Positions 1-9,909 of a DNA stretch of 35,422 nucleotides are shown here, piece by piece; position 1 is the first letter of the stretch, and each line of letters starts with the position of its first letter. A model generated the notes under the pieces. That model was not told the DNA's origin. It saw only the letters and a list, made by a program, of their open reading frames with translations, and did no database searches. The translations under genes were made by a program, and so were the position numbers. This DNA comes from an uncultured Deinococcaceae bacterium (lineage in GTDB: Bacteria; Deinococcota; Deinococci; Deinococcales; Deinococcaceae), in contig CAXULY010000048.1 of assembly GCA_964252075.1 (NCBI GenBank), positions 1 to 35,422 of the forward strand. Reading direction: 5' to 3'.

Positions 1-429
1 CCTGAGGGCACCGACCGTCTGCCCGACCAGTTTGGCGGTGGTCGTCTCCACCTGACGGATCAAGCGATGGAAGATCAGGGCCGTGAAGTCGTCCGGACTC
101 CCCACCACCCCCTCAACCTCGTCCACGCGAATGTCGTACTGGCCATCCGGCCGTGACCGTGCGGCCACCACCACCTGATGCACCTGACCCCCCTCACCCA
201 CCGTGAGGGGCAGGCTGCACGCCACTTCCCCGGAGTAATACCCGTCCTGGTGTGAAGCCTGGCGGTTGGTTTGATCGCTTCTGTACTCGGCCCGTCCCTC
301 GTGCGCCACGAACTGCTGGATGAGGGCCTGTGTGCTGACCTCGAGGAAGGCGAGGGTGCGCTGCTCGTGCAGCCGGGTGGCCTCTCGACCTGAGGTCACG
401 GCCTGCTCAAACGCTGCAAAGTCACTCAT
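1..429 (-). CDS. Hypothetical protein, runs off the left edge (MSDFAAFEQAVTSGREATRLHEQ...)
   Basis: Manual translation: ATG at 429 preceded by GGTAAGGG; frame open for 143 codons to position 1. Confidence 0.6.
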   Translation of the reverse strand, partial: MSDFAAFEQAVTSGREATRLHEQRTLAFLEVSTQALIQQFVAHEGRAEYRSDQTNRQASHQDGYYSGEVACSLPLTVGEGGQVHQVVVAARSRPDGQYDIRVDEVEGVVGSPDDFTALIFHRLIRQVETTTAKLVGQTVGALR

Positions 430-654
430 CCCTTACCGTACGCCCGGTGCATGAGGGGCGCCCTGCGGCACGGCCGCAGCGGCGTTCCTGCCCGCCCTCT
501 TGGGTCTTCCCTCACGTGGGCGGTCCCAGCACAATGATGCGCGGCATGAACTGGGATGCTGAACACGAAGGGGTCAACTGCTCGGCGAAGATCTGACGTC
601 CTGGCGTCAGGACGCCCACCGTTCGGCGCAGCTGCACCGCTCAAGGAGCATCAC

Positions 655-987
655 ATGAGTTCAATCGTTTTGAAAGGCCGCTGGCATGGTCAGCGGTTCA
701 CCCCGGATCGTCGCTTTGAGGGGACTGTCGAAGATGCGGGAGACAGCGCGCTCTTGGGTGGGTCGGTGGTCACGGTGACGCATCAAGCCGCCCAGCACAC
801 CGCTGAGGGGAATGCGACGCAGGAGCATGGCCACTACAGTCTGCAGGGCATGCCGGGAGAAGACTTCATTCTGACGAGCTTCTTGTCCACCGACGATCCA
901 CACCGCGCGACCGACGGTGAAGACCAGACCGACCGGTTGTGGCGAGGCGAATTGTTCCTGGCACGGACCGATTCGGCTCGAGCGTAA
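655..987 (+). CDS. Hypothetical protein, 110 aa (MSSIVLKGRW...)
   Basis: AAGGAG RBS upstream of ATG 655 inside ORF 556..987; protein-like composition. Confidence 0.6.
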   Translation: MSSIVLKGRWHGQRFTPDRRFEGTVEDAGDSALLGGSVVTVTHQAAQHTAEGNATQEHGHYSLQGMPGEDFILTSFLSTDDPHRATDGEDQTDRLWRGELFLARTDSARA

Positions 988-1317
988 TCCGACCTCGTGA
1001 GGCGCAGGCAGAGCGGCCCTGCGCCACTGACAGCCCCGCACCGCATGGGGACCGGGTTGGCCTGTGTGGGTGCCCTGCGGCATCGTGCGGTCGTCCGGGA
1101 ACGCTGGACCAGCTCGCTGTCCCGCCCTGCAGGTCACGTCCAGCGCCCACTGCGACACCTGGACCTTCAAACGACCACGCGCCGGGCGTCCTGTCCGTGT
1201 GGCGCCTGCCTCGCGATCAGCCTGCTGCCCCTGGTCCTGCCCTCCAGCGTCAGGCGCCTGCTGGGGCCAGTCGGCAAGGTGCGGGCGTGAACGGCAAGTG
1301 GACGGCTTAGGTGAGGG

Positions 1318-1960
1318 TTGACCCTCACCCGGGTGGCCGCGCCGGTCCTCGAGGAGCACCTGGCGTCCCTGCGCATTACGCCGGTGGGCGATGCAGTTCG
1401 CGCAGCTGAGCGGCGGCACCGTGGACCTCAACCTGGATTCGCAGGAGGTGCGGGGCTGCACGGCGCTGGGCGTGGGTGCACCCGTCACGACGCCCGAGAC
1501 GTTCGATCAGGCGCTCGCGCGCCGGGCGTTCGTGGTGACCGACAACCTTGCCCCACGGGAGCCGGCCCTGACGCTCATCCGCCCGATGCACCTGGCGTCC
1601 CTCAATCTGAGGAGGGCGACGGACGTGGAGCACCGCACGCGCGCCCTGATCAGGCGGCACCTCACCCTCCACGCCGGACGGACGGATGACCACGCGTCCC
1701 GCCGCATGAACCGCGAGTTCGCTGGCCTCAAGCTGTGGACGACACCACCCACGCGCACATCGTCGGCATCGCCCCTGCGTCCCACCTGCGGAATGGGCAC
1801 CAGAGCCGCTGGTTCACCGACGACGGCAACCAGATGGCCCGCATCGTGCGCCTGCACGCTTCCATGCCATGCGTGTGTGGCCTCGGCTTCAAAACCCAGC
1901 CCAAGGCCGTCGAGGCGCGCGTGTTGCACCAGCGGCGCGGGCAAAGGTGGCCACTCGAGC
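1318..1960 (+). pseudogene. Probable frameshifted hypothetical gene
   Basis: Protein-like segments pass through three ORFs (VAAPVLEEHLASLRITPVG / QFAQLSGGTVDL...FAGLKLW / DDTTHAHIVGIAP...), with shifts near 1390 and 1737. End is approximate. Confidence 0.4.
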
Positions 1961-2553
1961 GCCAGCGCCTTCCTGGTGCAGCGCGGCGCGCTTCGACTGG
2001 TCCCGCGCGCCGAACCCACAGCTCAGGGCCTGCCCGGCGCCGTCAAGCGTCGTGCTTCTCCGGTCCGCCACCGCAGGAACCTAGAAGGACGGGACGTCGC
2101 ATGCGCCTTGAGGACATCCGCCAGCACGACGGTGTGCCCGTCACGTGGTCCACGCGCGTGAAGTGCGACCGTCAGCCTGGCCCCGTGATTCGCGCCCGCG
2201 GTCCGCACCTTGGTGTGCGTCCGGACGGCGGTCCCGAACGCTGTCACATGTCCTGCAACCCGACGAGGTGCGTGATCAATAACGTCCCTGAAGGCTTACG
2301 GGCGTGCGGTGTGGGCAGGCGAGGGCTGGTCGCGTCCAGCGGAAGCAGGCGCCCGCACCGACCCGCGGGCGCGCGCCGCGCGTCACGCTCTGGTCCCAGG
2401 TCGGCGAGCACCCCGCCGGGGACCGGCGCCTCATGCTCGCGTACGGCCACGACGCACCCACGCGAACGGCCAGCCCAGCGACGCACCAGCAGGGCAGGCC
2501 TCGGTGGCCTGGCACCGCGCGCCAAGCCACCGAAGCCGCACAGGAGAACGCTC

Positions 2554-2958
2554 ATGACTGAGTCCCGCACGCTCGTGTCCCTGCCCTCGATGGGTGAAAC
2601 CGTCCAGACGCCCCTCGGCTTCGGCACCGTGGTGGACGTGGAAGTGCGCACGCGCTTCGACGCGGTGCAGGACGGCGCAGGAAACCTGGCGCGCGCGGAA
2701 GTCACTGTCTGGTACGGCAGCGCAAACCCCCGCCGCCACCCCGCGCACAGCGGGAAGTGGACGTCGTGGACGTGGCGCCTGGCGGAGATCTCCTGGCCCG
2801 CCTGCGACGCGCTGGAGGCGCGCCTCGCCCTGAACGAACTCGACGCGCACTTCTGGGTGGACGCGCACGGGCCAGCCGCGGAGCAGATCAGCGCGATCGT
2901 CGAGCGGCTGTCCAGCCTGCTCAGCGCCACGCCACCTCGAGGTCACAGCAATGCCTGA
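2554..2958 (+). CDS. Hypothetical protein, 134 aa (MTESRTLVSLP...)
   Basis: CAGGAG RBS before ATG 2554; stop overlaps the start of the next ORF. Confidence 0.65.
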   Translation: MTESRTLVSLPSMGETVQTPLGFGTVVDVEVRTRFDAVQDGAGNLARAEVTVWYGSANPRRHPAHSGKWTSWTWRLAEISWPACDALEARLALNELDAHFWVDAHGPAAEQISAIVERLSSLLSATPPRGHSNA

Positions 2959-3187
2959 CTCGCGGGTGGTGTCCACCTTCGACAAGCCGAACTTCCTCAC
3001 CCTGGAGGAATGGATGCCTGGCGGCTTCACCCGCATGGCCGGATGCGTCTGGCCGTCCCGGCAGAGCCTCCAGCGCGTTCAGCGCCTGGCGGTTCAGGAC
3101 TTCACGAAAGTGGTCCCCCCCACCCCCCACACGGGCGCCGAGCAGGCGCTGGTCATCCCACGCCAGCAGCGGCGGATGGGGCCATGA
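2951..3187 (+). CDS. Hypothetical protein, 78 aa
   Basis: 8-nt overlap with the upstream gene and ATGA overlap with the downstream gene. Confidence 0.55.
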   Translation: MPDSRVVSTFDKPNFLTLEEWMPGGFTRMAGCVWPSRQSLQRVQRLAVQDFTKVVPPTPHTGAEQALVIPRQQRRMGP

Positions 3188-3618
3188 CGGTGCTGGTCCT
3201 CAGTGCAGAGCACATTGCCACGGCGCGCTGGGCGACCGACACGCTCGTGAAGAACCTGCGGCGCAACCCGCGCTCCGGTCGGGCCGAGGTGATCGCCTGG
3301 GGTTTGCGGCGGCAGGCGGCGCTCGCCGCGCTGCAGACGCCCATGCTGAGCGAGTCGGGCCGCGCGGTGGTGTCGCTGTTCGCGACGTTCATGCGCCTCT
3401 CGCTGACCGTGCTCGTCGTGGAAGACGCGCACCCCTCGGTGTCGGACGATCCAGCCTTCTCCGACATGCACGCGGCGGACCTGGCGCGCGTGGAGGCGCT
3501 GCTGCGCGTGGTGGGGGAGCATCCGGACGCCGTGGCGCACCTGAGGTCCGGCCGTGGGCGCTTCACGACCCTCCCGCACGGCGATCGGGAGGTCACCTCC
3601 CGCCGGAGGCGCGCGTGA
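3184..3618 (+). CDS. Hypothetical protein, 144 aa (MTVLVLSAEHIATARW...)
   Basis: ATGA overlap at 3184-3187; high GC3 codon use; GTGA overlap at 3615-3618 with a further ORF (MIAALFLIGYLV...) that looks truncated. Confidence 0.65.
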   Translation: MTVLVLSAEHIATARWATDTLVKNLRRNPRSGRAEVIAWGLRRQAALAALQTPMLSESGRAVVSLFATFMRLSLTVLVVEDAHPSVSDDPAFSDMHAADLARVEALLRVVGEHPDAVAHLRSGRGRFTTLPHGDREVTSRRRRA

Positions 3619-3868
3619 TCGCCGCGCTGTTCCTGATCGGGTACCTCGTGCGCCTGAGGTGCAGCGGATCCAGCGCCTCGGGGCCAACGATCGGAACGGT
3701 ATTTCTGACTGTTCTCGGACGCACAGCGCATCCTGTGCGACATGACCGGCTGGCGCCTGCACGACCCCTGGCGGCTTACGGAGGACATCTGCGGGGTGCA
3801 CCGCGCGAACGGCTGGGGCGCGAATCACCGCGGCGGCGTCGCTGGTCTGTTGTTGCGCGGAGCTGGCG

Positions 3869-4198
3869 ATGGCGGTGCAAAACGCCCTGCTGCACCTGGT
3901 GCGTCGGCAAGCGCCCACCACCGCGGTGATGACCGGCAACGTCGTGGTGGCCACGCTGGCCCTGCTGGCGCTCGTCCACGGCCCTGCCGCGACGCGCGCA
4001 GAGGCCCGTGCGCGGTGGCGGTCCACCTGGCCCCTCCTCCTCGGCTTTCTGACGGGCTGCCTGGTCGGCGCGGGCGCCTTGATGCTGCTGCACGATGCGG
4101 CGTGGGCCTTGCCCGCCGCGGTGGCCCTGGTGCCGCTGCTGGGGAAGTGGCTGCGTCGAGACCGCCGGCACGGCACCCCGCAGGAAGAAAAGGCATGA
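3869..4198 (+). pseudogene. C-terminal half of a YoaK/DUF1275 family membrane protein (5' part missing)
   Basis: AMAVQNA...TTAVMTGN motif plus GFLTGCLVGA TM helix typical of DUF1275; no N-terminal half upstream. Confidence 0.65.
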
Positions 4199-4293
4199 GC
4201 GCGGGGGGCATGGCCGGCACCGGTCGAGCGCATCGGTGGTGGAGGCCCACCGCCTTCCAGGACCGACGCCTTGCGGTCCGCACCTCGGCGGCG

Positions 4294-4881
4294 TCAACGT
4301 GGTGTGACGGGCAGGGGCGCGCGGTAGCGGAGGCCGTCCATGAGGAGGTCCAGGAGGCGCTCGGCCTGCTCGTGCCAGTGCAGTTCGGCGCTGGCGAGCC
4401 ACACCCCACTCATGGCGTGCATGACGTCCTGGGCGCCGACGTCCCCACGGATGACGCCCGCTTTGGCGGCGTGGTGCAGCAGGTCGCCGAGCGCGCCGTG
4501 GATCAGCGCGCGCAGGTCGCTGAAGTACGCGTCGTCGGGGGCGAGGACCGTGCGCAGGATGGGCGCCATGCCGCGTTTCGCGGCGACGTAGCCCACGAAG
4601 CGGCCCATCCATTCGCGCAGGGCCGCGTCGGGGGGCAGCGTGGCCTTCAGCTCGGTGGCTTTGGCGCAGAGTTGGTCGACCTCGTGTTGGTACGCGGCGA
4701 TGGCGAGCGCTTCGCGGGTGGGGAAATGCCGGTACAAGGTCGCAATGCCGACTCTGGCCTGGCGGGCGATGGCTTCGAGGGAGGTGTCGAGGCCGTGCGC
4801 GCTGAAGGCGTCGATGGCGGCGGCGAGGAGTTTTTCGCGGTTGCGGGTGGCGTCTTGCCGGGGGGTGCGGGCTTTGGTCAT
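4294..4881 (-). CDS. TetR/AcrR family transcriptional regulator
   Basis: RQDATRNREKLLAAA...SLEAIARQARVGIATLYRHFPTREAL HTH; AGGAG RBS; divergent from SDR. Confidence 0.95.
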   Translation of the reverse strand: MTKARTPRQDATRNREKLLAAAIDAFSAHGLDTSLEAIARQARVGIATLYRHFPTREALAIAAYQHEVDQLCAKATELKATLPPDAALREWMGRFVGYVAAKRGMAPILRTVLAPDDAYFSDLRALIHGALGDLLHHAAKAGVIRGDVGAQDVMHAMSGVWLASAELHWHEQAERLLDLLMDGLRYRAPLPVTPR

Positions 4882-4900
4882 GTCGAGTCACTCCTGGGCC

Positions 4901-4955
4901 TTGCCAAAACGGAGGCGCCTCCGGTATATTTCACCCAAAGCGGAGGCGCCTCCGC
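4901..4955 (+). promoter_or_regulatory. SDR promoter (TTGCCA-N18-TATATT) with two palindromic operators CGGAGGCGCCTCCG (4910-4923, 4941-4954)
   Basis: Two identical perfect 14-bp palindromes in the 93-bp TetR/SDR intergenic region; one sits in the -35/-10 spacer, the other downstream of -10. Confidence 0.8.
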
Positions 4956-4974
4956 ATCATAGCAAAGGAGCTCC

Positions 4975-5892
4975 ATGACTCGCCTCACCACCCCCTACGG
5001 CTTCACCACCACCACCCACCAGGTGCTCGACGGCCTCGACCTCACCGGTCAGCGCGCCCTCATCACCGGCGCGAGTTCCGGCCTCGGCATCGAAACGGCC
5101 CGCGCCCTCGCCAGTGTCGGCGCCCACGTCACCCTCGCCGTCCGGAACCCCGAGGCTGGCCAGCGCGTCGCCCGCGACATCAGCGCCCAGACCGGCAACC
5201 TGAACGTGCAGGTCGCACCGCTTGACCTCGCCGACCAGGGCTCCGTCCGCCGCTTCGTGCAGGCCTGGACCGAACCGCTGCACCTGCTGATCAACAACGC
5301 GGGCATCATGGCCCTCCCCGAGCTTGACCGCACCCCCGAAGGCTGGGAGATGCAGTTCGCCACCAACCACCTCGGGCACTTCGCCCTCACCCTCGGCCTG
5401 CACGGCGCCCTCGCCCGCGCAAATGGCGCGCGGATCGTCTCCGTCGCCTCCAGCGGGCACCTGATGTCTCCCGTGGTGTTCGACGACCTGCACTACCGCT
5501 TCCGCCCCTACGACCCCTGGACCGCCTATGGCCAGTCCAAGACCGCGAACATCCTCTTCGCGGTGGAGGCCACCCGCCGCTGGGCCCAGGACGGCATCAC
5601 CGCCAACGCCCTGAACCCCGGCGCGATCGCCACCAACCTCCAGAAGCACACCGGCGGCCTGAGGACCCCCCCGGAGCGTCAAAAGAACGTCGAGCAGGGC
5701 GCCGCCACCAGCGTGCTGCTGGCCGCGTCCCCGCTGCTCTCCGGCGTGGGCGGCAAGTACTTCGAGGACCTCAACGAAAGCCCCGTCGTCACGCAGCGCC
5801 CCGCCGACTTCACGGGCGTCGCCCCCTACGCCCTCAATCCGGACAACGCCCAGCGCCTCTGGGACGTCTCCACCACCCTCATCACCCAGTAA
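4975..5892 (+). CDS. SDR family NAD(P)-dependent oxidoreductase (retinol-dehydrogenase-like subgroup)
   Basis: TGASSGLG, NNAG, TNHLGHF, YGQSK catalytic motif; AAGGAG RBS. Confidence 0.95.
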   Translation: MTRLTTPYGFTTTTHQVLDGLDLTGQRALITGASSGLGIETARALASVGAHVTLAVRNPEAGQRVARDISAQTGNLNVQVAPLDLADQGSVRRFVQAWTEPLHLLINNAGIMALPELDRTPEGWEMQFATNHLGHFALTLGLHGALARANGARIVSVASSGHLMSPVVFDDLHYRFRPYDPWTAYGQSKTANILFAVEATRRWAQDGITANALNPGAIATNLQKHTGGLRTPPERQKNVEQGAATSVLLAASPLLSGVGGKYFEDLNESPVVTQRPADFTGVAPYALNPDNAQRLWDVSTTLITQ

Positions 5893-5909
5893 AGGAAGGA
5901 AACCCGACC

Positions 5910-6032
5910 ATGCACCTGCAACCGCACGACCCGCCCCTCCAGGTGGGCTTCATCGGCCTCGGCGACCAGGGCGGCCCCATGGCGCAGGCCATCGCCGACC
6001 GCAGCTTCCCCCTGCACGTGTGGGCGCGCCGA
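5910..6032 (+). pseudogene. N-terminal ~41 codons of a 6PGD/3-hydroxyisobutyrate dehydrogenase-type NAD(P)-binding enzyme
   Basis: AAGGAAGGA RBS; VGFIGLGDQGGPMAQAIADRSFPLHVWARR Rossmann start, then an abrupt switch to integrase sequence (read-through stop at 6081-6083). Confidence 0.8.
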
Positions 6033-6465
6033 AGACTGAGGCGGGGCGGCGCACCTCGCGCCAGAGACGGTCGAGCTGCTTAAACGGCACCGATCGCAAC
6101 AGACAGAGGAGCGCCAACCGCGGGAGGACACCGGGTTTGTGTTCACGAACCAGTGGGGGCGGCGGCTGTACCCGGACTCCCTCTCGAAACTCGCCAAGCG
6201 CCTGGGCAAGGAGGCGGGCTTGGGGAACGTGCGTTTCCACGACCTGCGGCACACCTACGCGAGCCTGATGAGGTAGCAGGGCGTCCCGCTGGAGGTGGTG
6301 AGTGAGAAGCTCGGGCACTCGCGCCCCAGCACGACCGTGGACATTTACCGGCACGTGTACGCGGAGGAGCACAAGCGGCACACCCTGGACCTCGTGCAGC
6401 TCCTGAAACCCAAACCGCTGAAGCTGAACGCACAACCCAGAACCAGGAAGCGCAAGGTGGCGTAA
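6026..6465 (+). pseudogene. C-terminal fragment of a tyrosine recombinase/integrase
   Basis: PKTEAGRR, frameshift near 6055, then FVFTNQWG...RFHDLRHTYASLM*QGVPLEVVSEKLGHSRPSTTVDIYRH; in-frame TAG at 6274-6276; no N-terminus. Confidence 0.9.
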
Positions 6466-6481
6466 GGCAAGCAGATCAAAA

Positions 6482-6519
6482 GCGTGGGGGCGACCGAAGC
6501 TGTTCGGTCACCCCCACGC
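6482..6519. terminator. Hairpin after the integrase remnant, probable intrinsic terminator
   Basis: GCGTGGGGGCGACCGAA-GCTG-TTCGGTCACCCCCACGC; A-run before, CTTGTT after. Confidence 0.6.
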
Positions 6520-6737
6520 CTTGTTGAGGGCCGTTCCTGCCACCCAGATCATGAGGGATAGGACGCGCACCATCTCGAACGGGAGAGTCCGTCACGATGG
6601 TTTCACGAGCGCACGAGAAGCAGGCTGAGTCCTCCGCCTTCCAGTGCACGCAACGCCACCCGACAATCCAAACGGCCCTGATGAATACCAAGGTTCTACC
6701 TTGACAGAAGCCCTCTTATTGCCTTTGAGGTCCTTTC

Positions 6738-7547
6738 ATGACAGCAAGAATCAAATTAGAAGGCCTCCTGCCCCGCAAGAATGGAACGAAAACGTCCAAT
6801 ATTCCAAATGAAAGCGACCACCGAAATGTGTCGTTGCGCCAAACCTCTGGAGATTTTCAACAAGATCAGGGTGTCCACACAGAGACCGGCCTGCCACTGA
6901 CCATTCCGAAATCATATGAGATAAGAAACGGCGATTTGTATTGGGTTGACGAGAAGAACTCAATTCTGGTGTACAGCGGCACAATTCGGGTGCACGCCAT
7001 TCATCACAACGTCGCGACCGAAGAGGAGTACTTGGAGGTCCGCTTTGAGGGGCGTGACCGGGAGGTCTCCGTGGTGGCGCCGAAGCAGGACTTCGCTCGC
7101 CCTGGCGCCGTGATCAAGCACCTGACGTCGAAGGGCGCCGAGGTGCACTCGGGGAACGCGAGCAGGGTGGTGCGCTACCTGTTCGACTACCTCAAGGCCA
7201 ACCAGCAGGCCTTGCACGTCCGGCGCATCAGCGACCGGGTGGGGGTGCTACCGGACGGGCCGATCGTGACGCCGTCCGGCAGCGCGGGCGGCGAAGTGAC
7301 GTACGAGGGGCCGCTGGCCGGGAAGTTCCAGGCCGGGCCGAACAGGGACGCATACTTGACCGCGCTGCGCGAGATCATGACGTGGACGGGCAACCACACC
7401 TTCTGGTGGTCGCTGGGCCTGTCGTTGGTGTCGCCGCTGCTGCGGCGCCTGAAGCTGCGTCGGTTTCCGGTGACGTACATCGCGGGCGACTCCAGGACGG
7501 GCAAGACGACGGTCGCAAGTTTCGCCCTGGGGGCCTGGGTCTCCCCT
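6738..7547 (+). pseudogene. DUF927-domain protein (phage/ICE replication ATPase-helicase type), 3'-truncated
   Basis: YEIRNGDLYW...EEYLEVRF...LTSKG...YL...DRVG pattern, Walker A GDSRTGKTT, then GAWVSP; after that the ORF (to 7739) reads unrelated sequence out of frame. Confidence 0.75.
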
Positions 7548-8016
7548 GCTGGATGCGGGATTCGGCAGCGCGGGGCGCGTGGAGGTGCCGCGGTTCGGGC
7601 TGCTGGACCTCGCGCTCACGCACAGCGGCCGGGTGGCGGTGCTCGGATTCCAGAACGCCATTCAGCAGTACACCGCGTCCGGCCAGGTGTTCAGTCAGTA
7701 CCGCAGCACCTTCGACCCGCAACAAACGTTTCAGGGTGAAGCGGTGGACCTGGGTGTGGACGCACAGGACCGCATCGTGGCAGTGACGCAGGATCAACGT
7801 ATGCTGCGCCTGCGGCCCGACGGCCAGCCGGACGAGGCGTTCGGCTTGGAGGGCTGGCGCAGCGTGGCGTTCACATTGGCGGCGGGAAACAACGAGGCGG
7901 TGACCTCGTTGGTGCTGCCGACCGCCGACGGTCAGTACATGATGGTGGGCGACAGTTCAGGACCCTACACCCTTCCGCCTCCCGGTTTCCAACTAGCCCG
8001 CTTCAAGGGACGTTGA
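7546..8016 (+). pseudogene. C-terminal fragment of a delta-60 repeat beta-propeller protein
   Basis: Frame open from 7546: LLDAGFGSAGRV...RLRPDGQPDEAFGLEG...FQLARF, the same motifs as the intact 21044..22675 gene; no start or signal peptide. Confidence 0.7.
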
Positions 8017-8064
8017 CCTGAAGGGAAGGTGTCTCCAGCGATTCACGCTCACAGCACAAAAATC

Positions 8065-8099
8065 GCGCCTCCAGCCACAGGGGCTGGGGGCGCTTTGTT
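8065..8099 (+). terminator. Intrinsic terminator
   Basis: GCGCCTCCAGCC-ACAGG-GGCTGGGGGCGC followed by TTTGTT, ~50 nt after the stop at 8016. Confidence 0.65.
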
Positions 8100-8530
8100 C
8101 AGAACTGTGTGGAGAGTTCGGGGCCGTTCCGGGAGCGGCGGTACCACACGGTCCTATGCAGCACGTCGCCTTCGACGCCCTGCCCGAACGCACAGCCACT
8201 CACCACCAAAGCCATCCATACCTGCAACGCACGAGGGTCGGTTCGGGCACCCGGCAGCGCGCGTCGTTCAAGCGCAGGGCGCGCTGCGGACCGTTTGCGA
8301 CGGTGAAGTGGCCGAATCGCTCTGCCCAGCAATCAGGGCCGCCTGCAGGGCCGGATCTCCAGTCACTCGCACCGCACATGACGAGCAGCACCGCGCTCCT
8401 CTTTGCACGACCATTCACACGGCACAACCGGTGAGAGTTTCGGTCATCACGCGCCTGGCCGCCTTATAGGTGCGTACGGGCCGCCCAGACTTTTGGAAAC
8501 AGCATGACGTTCAGCACCCTGCGCTGTTCT

Positions 8531-9202
8531 TCAAGGGAACATGGGGCTTGGGCTGGGTGTGGGCGCGGGTGGAATCATCGGCGGGATGAACAGCGCCAAC
8601 TTGGTGGTGAGCGATGCCGGAATGGACCGGTACGTCACCGCGAACGTCGCTGGGTCCACGAACGCCTCCACGCGGTTCCACCCTGTGTGCAGGTTCAAGT
8701 CGTAGGTCGTCACGTACCCCGAACAATTCAAGGTGAAGTGCGCGGTGCCCGGCGCGTCCGTGTACATCCGGAGGACCGTGTCGTTCGGGTGGCCGTTCTC
8801 CGGAATCGTCACGTCTTGCGGGAGCTCCAGGAGTTGCCGGGAGGTTCCTTGCACCTCCACCTGCAGGGACTCGGTGGAAAAGTAGAGGCGCAGGGTGCTG
8901 GGCGTGCCCCCGACGAGCGGACATGCGGGGTCGGACGTGGGGATGGTGGCCAGCAGCGCAGCAGCAGGTGTGGGCAAGGTGAGGGAGAAGTGGCCATCCG
9001 CCGTGATCGGTACCGAGACGTCGATGCCCTGCGGGTTGGTGAAGCGGTCGTTGTAGCGCACGGTGCTGGTGCCGCCCGGCCAGTTCTCGATGGTGCCACC
9101 GATGGTGGCCTCGCTGGCGCTGGGGGCGATGGGACCGCTGGCGCAAGCGGTCAGCGTAAAGGCGAGGGTGACGAGGGCCGACAGGGCGGTGAGGCGAGGC
9201 AC
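8531..9202 (-). CDS. Lipoprotein, 223 aa, Pro-rich C-terminus
   Basis: GTG start, signal peptide with lipobox LTAC, YDLNLHTGWN motif, TACTGT-N5-GTG leaderless promoter. Confidence 0.8.
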   Translation of the reverse strand: MPRLTALSALVTLAFTLTACASGPIAPSASEATIGGTIENWPGGTSTVRYNDRFTNPQGIDVSVPITADGHFSLTLPTPAAALLATIPTSDPACPLVGGTPSTLRLYFSTESLQVEVQGTSRQLLELPQDVTIPENGHPNDTVLRMYTDAPGTAHFTLNCSGYVTTYDLNLHTGWNRVEAFVDPATFAVTYRSIPASLTTKLALFIPPMIPPAPTPSPSPMFP

Positions 9203-9272
9203 GCCCCACAGTAAGGGTTCGGCACGGCCTGTGAGCAGCTGGAGAGGCGGACGCAGTTTGAAGACCCGCGGG

Positions 9273-9542
9273 TCAGGATTGTCGAATCCCGCCGAGGAGG
9301 GCGACGTCGAGCCTGTGCGCGGCGTCCTCGCGGTCCGACACGTCGAACTCCGCGCCATGCTCGAACAGTTGCATCCACGCCTGAAGGACCTGGTCCGCCA
9401 ACTCCGGCTTCCCCCGCAGGTACGTGCTCACCTGGGTGAACAGGTCCTGCTGAACACGGCCGTGGCCATCACCCAGATCGGCCATGTACAGCTCGCTCAC
9501 CCGCTCGGCAAGTTCGAAGGGCGTGAGGTCGTCGAGGCGCAC
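9273..9542 (-). CDS. Hypothetical acidic helical protein, 89 aa
   Basis: TATGCT-N6-GTG leaderless start; good codon use. Confidence 0.7.
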   Translation of the reverse strand: MRLDDLTPFELAERVSELYMADLGDGHGRVQQDLFTQVSTYLRGKPELADQVLQAWMQLFEHGAEFDVSDREDAAHRLDVALLGGIRQS

Positions 9543-9558
9543 GAGGACAGCATACGGG

Positions 9559-9828
9559 TCAAAACGGGATGAGCAGGTTCAGCAGGCGTTGCGTCGGGCC
9601 GACCTCCGCGGCTCGGCGCGTGAGGGCGCGGGCGGCCAGGGAGCGAAACTCCTCTTCGAGCATCGGGCGCGTTCCGGTGACGGTCAGGCAGTGCGCCGTG
9701 CAGCCTTCCGGCAGCTCGTGGAAGACGCTCAGCGTATCCGGCTGGTACACGTGGTTGGGCACCAGGGCCGCCCAGGTGACCCACAGCCCTTCGGGACAGC
9801 GAAAGACGACGGTGAACGGCAGGGGCAT
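9559..9828 (-). CDS. Hypothetical protein, 89 aa
   Basis: ORF fits between its neighbours; GACAAT-N6-ATG upstream. Confidence 0.6.
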   Translation of the reverse strand: MPLPFTVVFRCPEGLWVTWAALVPNHVYQPDTLSVFHELPEGCTAHCLTVTGTRPMLEEEFRSLAARALTRRAAEVGPTQRLLNLLIPF

Positions 9829-9909
9829 ACGTGTATTGTCCTCGGAACCATCAGCATCGGGTGAAGCGGGGCACCAGCGGTTTGGTGCTGGCGCCCCACT
9901 CGGGTGGTC

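Noticed and set aside
1735..2553. N-terminal two-thirds of the 407-aa ORF 1735..2958
   Set aside because: Chance read-through of a pseudogene tail and low-complexity sequence; the RBS supports a start at 2554.
3742..4962. Long ORFs 3742..4962 (+) and 3776..4891 (-)
   Set aside because: Shadows of the TetR and YoaK fragment, typical of high-GC DNA.
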